Sequence record: DRR723986_4825
DNA: 34,666 nt
Reading direction: 5' to 3' (one strand)
Shown here: positions 1 to 8,743 of the stretch, one piece after another
How the letters are laid out: each line of letters opens with the position of its first letter
Position numbering within the stretch: position 1 is the first letter of the stretch
Position numbers and translations under genes: made by a program
The notes under the pieces: generated by a model
Told to the model about the DNA's origin: nothing
Seen by the model: the letters and a program-made list of their open reading frames with translations, nothing else
Database searches by the model: none

Positions 1-179
1 CAGCTTCCCCGAAGCAGCCGTTCGACACATTGCGCAGAATTTTTGTTGGCCAGAAGGCAGCTATGCGGACTCAACGGTCATTCATCGCGCGACCAATCAA
101 GTGCAAAAACGCCGATTTTGTGTATAGTTTCGGTAACCGCAATTCAGAATCAGAAATTTGTTCCAAAAGGAGTTTCGAC

Positions 180-1607
180 ATGGGTTGGTGTAAGAGTTTA
201 GGGACCATCAAAGCGCTGGCTTTTGGGGTGGTAGTCGCGACCGCAGGTCAGGCGGAGGACTTTGACCCATCGAACGCCAACACGGCCGACCGCATGACCT
301 ATCACCGAGCAGTTGATGCCGCTGTTTGGGCCATGCCTTTGATGAATTTCAAATTCTACATCGATGCCCTCGCCCGGGCCGGGGTGGGGCCGAACGACAT
401 TGGCTATAATTCGAAGGTGCAAGACTGGCGTTTCCAGACCGCAACACCGAACAACACAACTCCCTACATACACGCGTATTGGAACATCAAGGACGGGCCG
501 GTTGTGTTCGAAATGCCTGCGTCGGTTGAAGGGATTGGCATCTTCGGGACCGTTATGGACGCGTGGCAACGTCCGCTCGACGATGTAGGCTCAAAGGGGC
601 GCGACCGCGGCCTTGGGGCAAAATACTTGTTGGTGCCACCTAATTACGATGGCCCGCTGCTCAGGAATGCACTGGTCTACGAGCAGCAGACGAATTTCGG
701 CTTCGCAGTTCTCCGCCCGATTATCGCCGGTGGTCCGACTGAAGAGAACCTCGCAAAGGCCACCGCGCTGACCAAGCAGATCAAGGTCTATCCGCTTTCC
801 GAAGCCGGGGGAGAGGCCGCAATTAATTACGTGGATGTCTACGGCGTGCCGCTGGAAATGACGCCCAAGATGGACGGCGCGATTTACGGCCTTATCCACG
901 AAATGATTGGCGAGGAAGTCGTTTTGGACCGCGACCTTGCCATGATGGGCGCGCTCGCGCGCATTGGTGTCAAGCGTGGCGAACCCTTCGAGCCTGACGC
1001 AAAACTGCAAGCGATTTACGACGCCGCCGGCCCCGAGGCACTCGAATACATGATCGACCAGTACCACCGTGTACTCAATCCATTTGTGTTCGAAGGGAAG
1101 AAATGGTCTGCGCTTGTCCCCGATGGGTCGCGAGAGACAGAATGGAGCTACGAATATCCATCGTACTATGATTATGTGGCACGCGGCGCGCTTTACTATG
1201 CGATCATCACCAGCGTTAAGAATTACGGGACCGCGACCTACTACCTCGATCTGGCGGAGACACCGGATGGAGAATGGCTTGAAGGCGACCGCAACTACAA
1301 AATTACCGTGCCTGCCAATGTTCCGGTCCGCGATTTCTGGTCCATCACAACCTACGATCTGGTGACGGCGTCCTATCTGCGTGACATCGAGCCAAGCACG
1401 ATTGATTCCAACATGGCTGATGTCGTTAAGAACGATGACGGCACCGTTGACATATACTTTGGGCCCAAGGCTCCGGTGGGAAAAGAAAGCAACTGGCTCC
1501 CAACCGATCCGGAACGCCGTTTTTTCCTGCTCGCTCGGTTCTACGGTCCAGAGCCTACCTTGCTCGACAGTAGCTTTGAACTGAACGATATGGAGCGGAT
1601 GGATTGA
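180..1607 (+). CDS. DUF1254/DUF1214 domain-containing exported protein
   Basis: ATG at 180 after AGGAG RBS; signal-peptide-like N-terminus; motifs TPNNTTPY, GPVVFEMP, DAWQRPLDDVG, YLLVPP, FWSITTYD, DGTVDIYFGP, NWLPT, RFYGP typical of the family. Confidence 0.88.
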   Translation: MGWCKSLGTIKALAFGVVVATAGQAEDFDPSNANTADRMTYHRAVDAAVWAMPLMNFKFYIDALARAGVGPNDIGYNSKVQDWRFQTATPNNTTPYIHAYWNIKDGPVVFEMPASVEGIGIFGTVMDAWQRPLDDVGSKGRDRGLGAKYLLVPPNYDGPLLRNALVYEQQTNFGFAVLRPIIAGGPTEENLAKATALTKQIKVYPLSEAGGEAAINYVDVYGVPLEMTPKMDGAIYGLIHEMIGEEVVLDRDLAMMGALARIGVKRGEPFEPDAKLQAIYDAAGPEALEYMIDQYHRVLNPFVFEGKKWSALVPDGSRETEWSYEYPSYYDYVARGALYYAIITSVKNYGTATYYLDLAETPDGEWLEGDRNYKITVPANVPVRDFWSITTYDLVTASYLRDIEPSTIDSNMADVVKNDDGTVDIYFGPKAPVGKESNWLPTDPERRFFLLARFYGPEPTLLDSSFELNDMERMD

Positions 1608-1615
1608 AAGAATAG

Positions 1616-1645
1616 AACGTCCACTTCGGGCTCACAGCCGACTTG
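1616..1645 (+). repeat. Copy of ~30-bp intergenic palindromic repeat (12-6-12 type)
   Basis: AACGTCCAC-TTC-GGGCTC-ACA-GCCGACTT, 8 nt after the DUF1254 stop; related copies at 54-82 and 1774-1803. Confidence 0.6.
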
Positions 1646-1984
1646 CGGCGGTGCAGCACCTGATCTTGCACCAAAAGGCCACCGCCGGTGGTCTGATCTG
1701 CCCGCCGGATGCCCGAAGTCAGCCCTTTCTGGACATTGACACAAATTCCCCTAGCGACCCTATTGCGGGTTCCAATGGCTGCTTTGAGCGATAGTTATGC
1801 ATTGCAAAGTCAAGGTATGGTCCAAACAACGCGCATTCGTGGCGAAAGGGGTGATCACAAGGTCACTGACGGGGGAAACTTTGGACGGCATTGCTGACGA
1901 GAAAAAGTGGTTATCAGCGAAAACATGAACACGCTATGCAGATATCGTTCATAATAGAGATTGAGCAGATGAAAGTGAGCGAAG

Positions 1985-3397
1985 ATGAGCAATGCAATAC
2001 CCATTATCATCTGGTTTCGACGGGACTTCAGACTGGCGGACCATCCGGCGCTTTGTGAAGCTTACAATTCCGGACGCCCAATCATTCCTGTGGTCTTATT
2101 GGATGAAGTCGCAAACACCTATGGAGCCGCCTCCAAATGGCGCTTATCCAAGGCCATCGACCACTTTGATGAGGCTCTGAAGAAGATTGGATCCCGATTG
2201 ATCCTGCGTCGCGGACCCGCAGCAACCGAGTTGCTCATTTTGGCGAATGAGACCGGCGCAGAGGACATCTGGTGGACTCGTGCCTATGATCCAGATGCAA
2301 TAGAACGTGACACTCGCGCCAAATCGGAACTAAAGCACGCCGGGCTCAGGGCAAAGAGCTGGCCGGGACATATTCTGTTTGAGCCCTGGGAAATTGCCAC
2401 CAAGCAAGGTGGATTTTATCAGGTTTACAGCCCAATGTGGCGTGCCGTAAAGGACCTTGATGTTGCGCAGCCTGATGCTGCACCTAAGCGCCTTGTGGCA
2501 CCTGCGAACTGGCCTATCTCAGATCGGTTGCAGGACTGGGCACTCGAAAAAGGCATGGAATATGGCGGGCGGGTATTGAACCGATACGCCCAAGTTGGCG
2601 AAACTGCGGCCAAGGAGCGCCTTGCTCGTTTTGCCCATGGATCAATCAAAGATTACAAAGATCTGCGTGATTTCCCGGCGCTGAATGCAACCTCGCATCT
2701 CTCGGAATTTTTGGCCTGGGGGGAGATCGGGCCCCGTACCGTTTGGCACGCAGGCCTGCAGGCGCATGAAAAAGGCCAACGCGGGGCAGAGCATTTCCTA
2801 AAAGAACTCGTGTGGCGTGAGTTTGCGTACCATCTCGTTTTCAATACTCCCCAAATCACTCAAGAGAATTGGAAACCTGAATGGGACGCCTTTCCTTGGT
2901 CAGAAGAAGACGACGAAGCGGTTCTGCGGTGGAAACAGGGCCGGACAGGTATTCCGTTTGTCGATGCCGCCATGAGAGAGATGTATGTGACAGGCCACAT
3001 GCACAATCGGGGTCGTATGATTGTTGGGTCCTTTCTTACAAAGCACATGCTAAAACACTGGCGCATCGGGCAGAAATGGTTCGAAGAATGCCTGACAGAT
3101 TGGGATCCTGCTGCGAACGCACTAGGATGGCAATGGGTCGCAGGAAGCGGCCCGGATGCGGCCCCCTATTTTCGCATTTTCAATCCAGCTACCCAGGCTG
3201 AAAAATTCGACGCTGATCAGACATACATCAAGAGATTTTTGGCCGAGCTTTCAACAGAGGCAAGTTCAGAAGCCTCGGCGTTTTTTGATGCCTGTCCACG
3301 CGCTTGGCGGCTCTCACAAGACGATCCGTACCCGAGCCCGGTGATCGGGCTTGCTGAAGGCAGGCAGAGGGCCTTGAAAGCCTACGAGAACTTATGA
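1985..3397 (+). CDS. phrB: Deoxyribodipyrimidine (CPD) photolyase
   Basis: WFRRDFRLADHPAL N-terminus, TSHLSEFLAWGEI, ELVWREF, GRTGIPFVDAAMRE, GHMHNRGRMIV, WQWVAGSGPDAAPYFRIFNP FAD-binding motifs. Confidence 0.96.
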   Translation: MSNAIPIIIWFRRDFRLADHPALCEAYNSGRPIIPVVLLDEVANTYGAASKWRLSKAIDHFDEALKKIGSRLILRRGPAATELLILANETGAEDIWWTRAYDPDAIERDTRAKSELKHAGLRAKSWPGHILFEPWEIATKQGGFYQVYSPMWRAVKDLDVAQPDAAPKRLVAPANWPISDRLQDWALEKGMEYGGRVLNRYAQVGETAAKERLARFAHGSIKDYKDLRDFPALNATSHLSEFLAWGEIGPRTVWHAGLQAHEKGQRGAEHFLKELVWREFAYHLVFNTPQITQENWKPEWDAFPWSEEDDEAVLRWKQGRTGIPFVDAAMREMYVTGHMHNRGRMIVGSFLTKHMLKHWRIGQKWFEECLTDWDPAANALGWQWVAGSGPDAAPYFRIFNPATQAEKFDADQTYIKRFLAELSTEASSEASAFFDACPRAWRLSQDDPYPSPVIGLAEGRQRALKAYENL

Positions 3398-3527
3398 AGT
3401 TGGGGGCGGGGACGAAACAGATTGGGTTTGGTTCAGAAGCCGTGCAGTTGCCCCAGAAAACAATCCGCTCCAACCTCTGCCCTCTTTCGCACTTGACCTG
3501 TCCATTCTGACGCCCTTAAGCGCAGAG

Positions 3528-3553
3528 TGATCCAAACCCGCTCCGTGACCGTA
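3528..3553 (+). promoter_or_regulatory. RpoE (ChrR-regulated ECF sigma)-type promoter
   Basis: TGATCC(3528-33)-N16-CGTA(3550-53), 24 nt before the Gpx ATG; same geometry at 5819. Confidence 0.75.
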
Positions 3554-3577
3554 ACCACCACACAAGGAGGGGCGATC

Positions 3578-4099
3578 ATGGGTAGATTAGTCTTTTTAGC
3601 GGTGTTTATTCTTACAGGGTATCAGGTGAGGGCTTTGGATTTAACAACGCCATTCCCATCTATTGATGGGGGGAACTTGTCTTTGTCGGACTGGTCTGGC
3701 CAGCCAATTTTAATTGTGAACACGGCTTCTAGATGCGGCTATACCAAGCAATACGGCGGTCTTCAAAGTCTTTACGAAACTTACCGTGACGCGGGCCTAG
3801 TGGTCTTGGCGATCCCTTCAAACGACTTTCGACAAGAGCTGGCAAGCGAACAACAGGTCAAAACTTTTTGCGAGTTAACCTACGGAATTGATCTTCCCAT
3901 GGCCGCTATCACTCAGGTCTCAGGCCCGCAGGCGCATCCGTTCTATCAAACGCTGAAGCATGAAACCGGGTTTGAGCCAAAGTGGAACTTTAGCAAAGTT
4001 CTGATCGGACCGGAGGGGGATGTGGTTGCAACCTATAAGTCCAATATCAGACCCCAGTCCGCTGAAATCCTCCGCGATATCGAAGGTCTTTTGAAGTGA
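3578..4099 (+). CDS. Glutathione peroxidase family protein (Cys-type, probably exported)
   Basis: AAGGAGG RBS before ATG 3578; NTASRCGYT, PSNDF, WNFSK motifs; hydrophobic N-terminus. Confidence 0.93.
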   Translation: MGRLVFLAVFILTGYQVRALDLTTPFPSIDGGNLSLSDWSGQPILIVNTASRCGYTKQYGGLQSLYETYRDAGLVVLAIPSNDFRQELASEQQVKTFCELTYGIDLPMAAITQVSGPQAHPFYQTLKHETGFEPKWNFSKVLIGPEGDVVATYKSNIRPQSAEILRDIEGLLK

Positions 4100-4494
4100 T
4101 GACCAAGTCGCCGCATCAGCCCGAACAGCTCACCGTTTTTTATGACGGGTCCTGTCCGTTGTGCGCATCGGAGATTGATTTATACAATCGGGCAGACTGT
4201 CAAAAAGCGCTTCGCTTCGTTGATGTTTCCTCCGAAAGTTTCACGGGTGATGCCCAGATAACCCAGGCCCAGGCCTTGGCCCGATTTCATGTACGTTTGC
4301 CGGATGGGCGGCAGCTGTCGGGCGCACGAGGCTTTATCGAGGTCTGGCGTGTTCTGCCCTCCTGGAGCTGGATGACGAAACTCGCGGAGTGGCCCGGAGT
4401 AGCGTCCGGCTTAGAGCTGCTATATCGCCTGTTTTTACCTCTACGCCCGCTGATCGCAGCCTGCACGCGCAGATGGCATCGCAATGTGCGCTAG
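4096..4494 (+). CDS. DCC family (DUF393) thiol-disulfide oxidoreductase
   Basis: VFYDGSCPLC (DxxCxxC) motif; overlaps the Gpx stop codon. Confidence 0.9.
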   Translation: MMTKSPHQPEQLTVFYDGSCPLCASEIDLYNRADCQKALRFVDVSSESFTGDAQITQAQALARFHVRLPDGRQLSGARGFIEVWRVLPSWSWMTKLAEWPGVASGLELLYRLFLPLRPLIAACTRRWHRNVR

Positions 4495-4545
4495 ACCTGA
4501 GGCTCCCCTGGCAGGACGCCGCTCCCCCAACAGAGGTGTACGAGA

Positions 4546-5007
4546 ATGAAACAGATGGCATCCTTGCTGCTCTTCCTGATCGGGGTCATGGGCGCGGGTC
4601 TTTCGATAGGTGTTCTGACGGCGCCAGGCGATTGGTATGCGGCCTTGCAAAAGCCCGTATTTAATCCACCAAACTGGGTATTTGGGCCGGTCTGGACCCT
4701 ACTGTATATAGGAATCGCCTATGTTGGCTGGCGTCTATGGCAGCATGAGAACCAAAGGATCTTGCGACAGCTTTGGTCGCTGCAAATGGGATTGAACCTT
4801 TTATGGTCCCCTGTCTTTTTCGCAGCCCAGATGCCGAAGCTAGCGCTGTTGATCATCCTCATGTTGTTGGGCACACTTTTCTTCTTTGAACGGCGCGTCT
4901 GGCAGTCTGACCGGCTCTCGGCTGTTGTCTTTCTCCCTTACCTCGCCTGGGTGAGCTTTGCGACAGCGCTTAATCATGCGATCGTCTACCTAAACTGGAC
5001 AATGTGA
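4546..5007 (+). CDS. tspO: TspO/MBR tryptophan-rich sensory protein
   Basis: WYAALQKPVFNPPNWVFGPVWTLLY, LNLLWSPVFF, PYLAWVSFATALN; 5 TM pattern. Confidence 0.95.
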   Translation: MKQMASLLLFLIGVMGAGLSIGVLTAPGDWYAALQKPVFNPPNWVFGPVWTLLYIGIAYVGWRLWQHENQRILRQLWSLQMGLNLLWSPVFFAAQMPKLALLIILMLLGTLFFFERRVWQSDRLSAVVFLPYLAWVSFATALNHAIVYLNWTM

Positions 5008-5008
5008 C

Positions 5009-5671
5009 ATGGAAAAGAATGCGCTGGTCATTGGGGCCTCGGGTGGCATTGGTCGCGCTCTGGCGCTGAATTTAGAAGCCGGAGGCTGTGACGTAACCCG
5101 TTTTTCACGGTCGCAGGATGGCTTTGACATTACCTGCGAAGACAGCGTGGCAACATCCTTGGGGAGGTTGGACACTCCGTTTGACCTGATCCTCGTCGCC
5201 TCTGGGATCCTGTCAAATGGCCAGGGTCCCGAAAAAACTCTGCGCAGCTTAACCGCAAAAGAAATGTCCGGCCTTTTTGCCGTAAATGCAATTGGCCCCG
5301 CTTTGGTTTTGAAACATTCAGTGAAATTGCTCCACAAAAGAAAAAGGTCTGTTTTTGCAGCGCTTTCGGCCCGAGTTGGCTCAATTGGAGATAATAAACT
5401 AGGTGGCTGGTATTCTTATCGCACATCCAAATCTGCGCTCAATCAAGTCCTTCGAACTGCATCAGTTGAGCTCGCTAGAACACACAAACACTTGGTTTGT
5501 ACAGCGGTTCATCCCGGGACCGTCGCGACAGAATTTACAAAAAACTACAAAACACATCAAACTGTTAGCCCACATCAGGCAGCGGGTCATATTCTAAACA
5601 TCTTGGACAACCTAACGCCCGAGGATAGCGGCCAGTTCTTTGATTGGGCAGGAAAACCAATCCCATGGTGA
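5009..5671 (+). CDS. Short-chain dehydrogenase, CsgA/C-factor-like
   Basis: GASGGIG Rossmann motif; LSARVGSIGDNKLGGWYSYRTSK (YxxxK); HPGTVAT; C-terminal FFDWAGKPIPW. Confidence 0.92.
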   Translation: MEKNALVIGASGGIGRALALNLEAGGCDVTRFSRSQDGFDITCEDSVATSLGRLDTPFDLILVASGILSNGQGPEKTLRSLTAKEMSGLFAVNAIGPALVLKHSVKLLHKRKRSVFAALSARVGSIGDNKLGGWYSYRTSKSALNQVLRTASVELARTHKHLVCTAVHPGTVATEFTKNYKTHQTVSPHQAAGHILNILDNLTPEDSGQFFDWAGKPIPW

Positions 5672-5818
5672 AGCCGGGCTGGCTATCGAAATAAAGGTCA
5701 TCCGTTTAAACGCGCCTCATCCCTCCTCTAATTGATCAAAAAATGGGCTCTATTAAAAAGAATGACGCCATGCGGCCGAAAAAAAAGTACTTCTGAATAA
5801 AAATATCAGAGAATACGA

Positions 5819-5844
5819 TGATCCAATTGGGAAGGTGCTCCGTA
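5819..5844 (+). promoter_or_regulatory. RpoE-type promoter
   Basis: TGATCC(5819-24)-N16-CGTA(5841-44) upstream of the fasciclin gene. Confidence 0.75.
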
Positions 5845-5890
5845 ATACCATTATTCCGCATGACGCGGGAAGTAACCAAATGGAGAAACC

Positions 5891-6376
5891 ATGTTTCGTA
5901 GAACTTTCCTCGCTACATCGGCAGCCGTTGCCATGTTTTCCGCATCCGTCACATTGGCAGACGGCCACTCAAAAGACATTGTCGATACTGCCGTTTCTGC
6001 CGGCTCTTTCGGGACCCTTGTGGCCGCCGTACAAGCCGCGGGTTTGGTAGATACCTTAAAGGGCGATGGACCGTTCACAGTCTTTGCCCCAACCGACGAA
6101 GCTTTCGCCGCCCTTCCTCAAGGCACAGTCGAGGGGCTGCTGAAGCCCGAAAACAAGGCCCAGCTGGTTTCTATCCTCACCTACCATGTTGTGCCCGGAA
6201 AAGTTCTGAGCACGGACCTGAGCAACAATATGATGGTCACGACAGTGCAGGGCAGCGATCTCTCGATTATGACCCAGGACGGCGTCACGATTAACGGCGC
6301 CAATGTTGTCTCGGCAGATATTGCGGCGTCCAACGGCGTCATCCACGTGATAGATGCGGTCATTCTGCCGAAATAG
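5891..6376 (+). CDS. Fasciclin (FAS1) domain protein
   Basis: [49 protein letters not shown] twin-arginine-like leader. Confidence 0.96.
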   Translation: MFRRTFLATSAAVAMFSASVTLADGHSKDIVDTAVSAGSFGTLVAAVQAAGLVDTLKGDGPFTVFAPTDEAFAALPQGTVEGLLKPENKAQLVSILTYHVVPGKVLSTDLSNNMMVTTVQGSDLSIMTQDGVTINGANVVSADIAASNGVIHVIDAVILPK

Positions 6377-6495
6377 CCAACCGAACAAGTTACGCGCCTT
6401 TTCGAGCTTTGACTCCCAGAGGTGCGTATCTGCATGAACGCACAGCGAGACTTCGCTGATCAGCTTGATCGATGAGAACCTAAAGGATTAGAAAC

Positions 6496-7002
6496 ATGAT
6501 GAAAGCACTTGCCCTATCCGCTGCATCAGCAATGCTGGCGCTCCCGGCACTGGCCCAGGTGACGGTCTCATTTATCGAAGGCGCGCCAAAGGACCGGTTT
6601 GTGATTGAAAACACCGGGCGCTGTGAGTTGGCCGCGACGATCCTCGCCATAGATCTGAAAACGGCGGCATCCGGTCTCGTATTTGATGTCACCGGGAGCG
6701 GGCCCGGCGTTGAGGTCTTTCAACCTTTCGAGCTCGTTTCCGGGGAAGATCTCGTTCAACGGCATTCAATGATTGCAGATGGTGATACGACAGTGACCTT
6801 GGAGCTTTCCAGTCTGGCACCCGGCGAAACCGTGGGTTTTACGATTGATATCGATGACACGAGTGGTCGCTCTGAAACCATGGTCGCCGGAAATGAGATT
6901 TCTGGAGCCGAAGTAACCATGAAAACACTTGGGCAAGATTATATCGGAGCCATGTCAGCCAAAGCACAGGCGGTCCTGCCTGTTTCAGGCTGTGCGACGT
7001 GA
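6496..7002 (+). CDS. Secreted protein of the Roseobacter 'aggregation factor core'-annotated family
   Basis: Signal peptide ending ALA; EGAPKDRF and GLVFDVTGSGPGVEVFQPF motifs recalled from this family; function unknown. Confidence 0.6.
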   Translation: MMKALALSAASAMLALPALAQVTVSFIEGAPKDRFVIENTGRCELAATILAIDLKTAASGLVFDVTGSGPGVEVFQPFELVSGEDLVQRHSMIADGDTTVTLELSSLAPGETVGFTIDIDDTSGRSETMVAGNEISGAEVTMKTLGQDYIGAMSAKAQAVLPVSGCAT

Positions 7003-7010
7003 AAAGGAAT

Positions 7011-8045
7011 ATGCCCCTCAAAGAGATGACCTTTTCACCCCGATTGATGCCGTCATTACTTGGGTCGATGGACGTTCAGACCGTCATCAGCGCAAGCGGC
7101 GGCTCCACATGTCGAGGCTGAGGCCCCGCTTCATGAAGCGCAACCAATCCGCATCGGTGGGCCTGCAACGATGAGAGTTTGCACTGCCTGCAATCCATAG
7201 AAAACCACGCGCCTTAGGTGGGGAGAAACTGGGTTGTGGTCGACGAGGAAACGCCTGACCTTCAGTCTCTCTCTGACAAACTGCGTGTCAAAGTCACGTT
7301 GATTTTTCATCATGAAATTCTTGCAGAGCTCGCGGGTTTTCTCCCTACTTTTAACTCCTTGGGCAATGAAACCTTTCTGTGGCGGATACCTTGTCTCAGC
7401 GAGCGGTTCATATGCTTTGACGATGATGTCTTCCTGAGCGCACCTTTGAAACCCACTGATGTGTTTCAGGGTTCCCCCCTGTGCTTCGCTGGCAGTGGGT
7501 GGAATACGCAGAAACCTTGAAAAAACCGCTCATGCGGCGAGACCGGTCAAAATTCAATCACTACATGCAACGGAATGCTACGCGGGTGTTAGGTTTTGAA
7601 GACACCCGATTGTTCGCATCCGCCCATGTCGTTCATCCGATGCTGCGGTCAGTCGTCCCGAATGTTTGACCGACACAAGAGCGCTTTTGTCGACGATATT
7701 CGCCACCGCTTTCGTGATCTGAGTCAGTTCTGACCCTAGCGCCTATTTATTTATGCCAGCATAGCGGCCCAGAACGCGGTTTTGATACGCGTTCCAGACC
7801 ACCTCCATATCAAAAGCGGGCAAAGCCTTGATCGCTGCCCGACTGAAATCCTATCCTTGTTGGGGGAAGGGGCAAATTCGGCGTCTAAATTTTTGTGCGT
7901 TAATGACCTGCCTCAGTTTGAAATGGTGGTTCCCGAGGCCCGCGAATGGATCAGTTTAGCTATTGGAGGCTTCGTCGATCACCAAGCTTTGCGTATCAAA
8001 AAAGAACCTTCCTCAATCGCCAATGGGCCCACAGATCTTATCTGA
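7011..8045 (+). pseudogene. Stealth family hexose-1-phosphoryl transferase (CR1-CR4), disrupted
   Basis: PIDAVITWVDG (CR1), NDESLHCLQSIENHAP* and PTFNS...LSERFICFDDDVF (CR2), HVVHPMLRS (CR3), FLCVND (CR4) spread over different frames; TAG at 7215-7217 replaces the conserved Trp. Confidence 0.85.
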
Positions 8046-8103
8046 TGACCTATTTTTAGAGCAGGTTTTTGACCTCCATGACGCAGCACAAGTCAGCGCT
8101 TAG

Positions 8104-8165
8104 GATGACTGCTTTGCGCAGATAACGTACTTTGCAAAGTCACGCGGACGGACCACAGCCGCCGC
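8104..8165 (+). repeat. Intergenic repeat copy (30-bp palindrome + CTTTGCAAAG extension)
   Basis: GATGACTGCTTTGCGCAGATAACGTACTTTGCAAAGTCACGCGGACGGACC aligns with 11774-11835 and 22238-22273. Confidence 0.8.
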
Positions 8166-8319
8166 TGGCCAGCCGATCTGGTGCCGCGCTGCAGCTTCAC
8201 AAAACCCGCCATTCGTGCGCCGTGCGGCATTCTCGAAAGGCGAGTGACCAACATGCGGGACAAAGCGCCTATCCGCTGTATTTGCGCCAATGGCTGCTTA
8301 CGGAAATCAGTGCCTGACA

Positions 8320-8337
8320 AAAACGGTCGTTTTTGGC
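8320..8337 (+). repeat. 18-bp direct repeat, left copy (att/res-like)
   Basis: AAAACGGTCGTTTTTGGC, identical to 11415-11432. Confidence 0.85.
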
Positions 8338-8404
8338 CAACCACCCTACTCCAGCCTCCAAGCTAAATGACACTCGGATCAAGACGCAATGTCGACTCCA
8401 ATTT

Positions 8405-8743
8405 TTAGGGCGCGCACTTGCCAAGTATGAGAACTGTCTGTGTCCAAATAGACTCGCCGTCTTCGTCGGTGCACCTAGATTCTCCAGGATCGAAACCGAT
8501 AAATTCAGGAGATTGACAGTCCGAAAGAGCTTCGCAATGTGCAGAAGCATCGACCAACCACTTTCGCATGATACCGTTCAGCATGCGCTCTTGCTCGTCA
8601 TCAGAGTAATTGTTGCAGCTCTCAACCTTAACTGAATAGGTAACGCTGATGTTGAATTCCCCGCCACACTCTAGTGACAGCTCGTCACGTGAAGGAATTT
8701 TGATGTCCCGTTTCAAACCACTTGCCATTTGTTTTTCCTTCAT
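8405..8743 (-). CDS. Small acidic Cys-rich hypothetical protein
   Basis: 112 aa ORF with 6 Cys; ATGA overlap with the upstream stop; alternative start at 8728 after AAGGA. Confidence 0.7.
   Translation of the reverse strand: MKEKQMASGLKRDIKIPSRDELSLECGGEFNISVTYSVKVESCNNYSDDEQERMLNGIMRKWLVDASAHCEALSDCQSPEFIGFDPGESRCTDEDGESIWTQTVLILGKCAP

Noticed and set aside
6457-6482. TGATCA-N16-CCTA as a third RpoE promoter
   Set aside because: Mismatches in both boxes, and the implied start site would fall at or after the RBS
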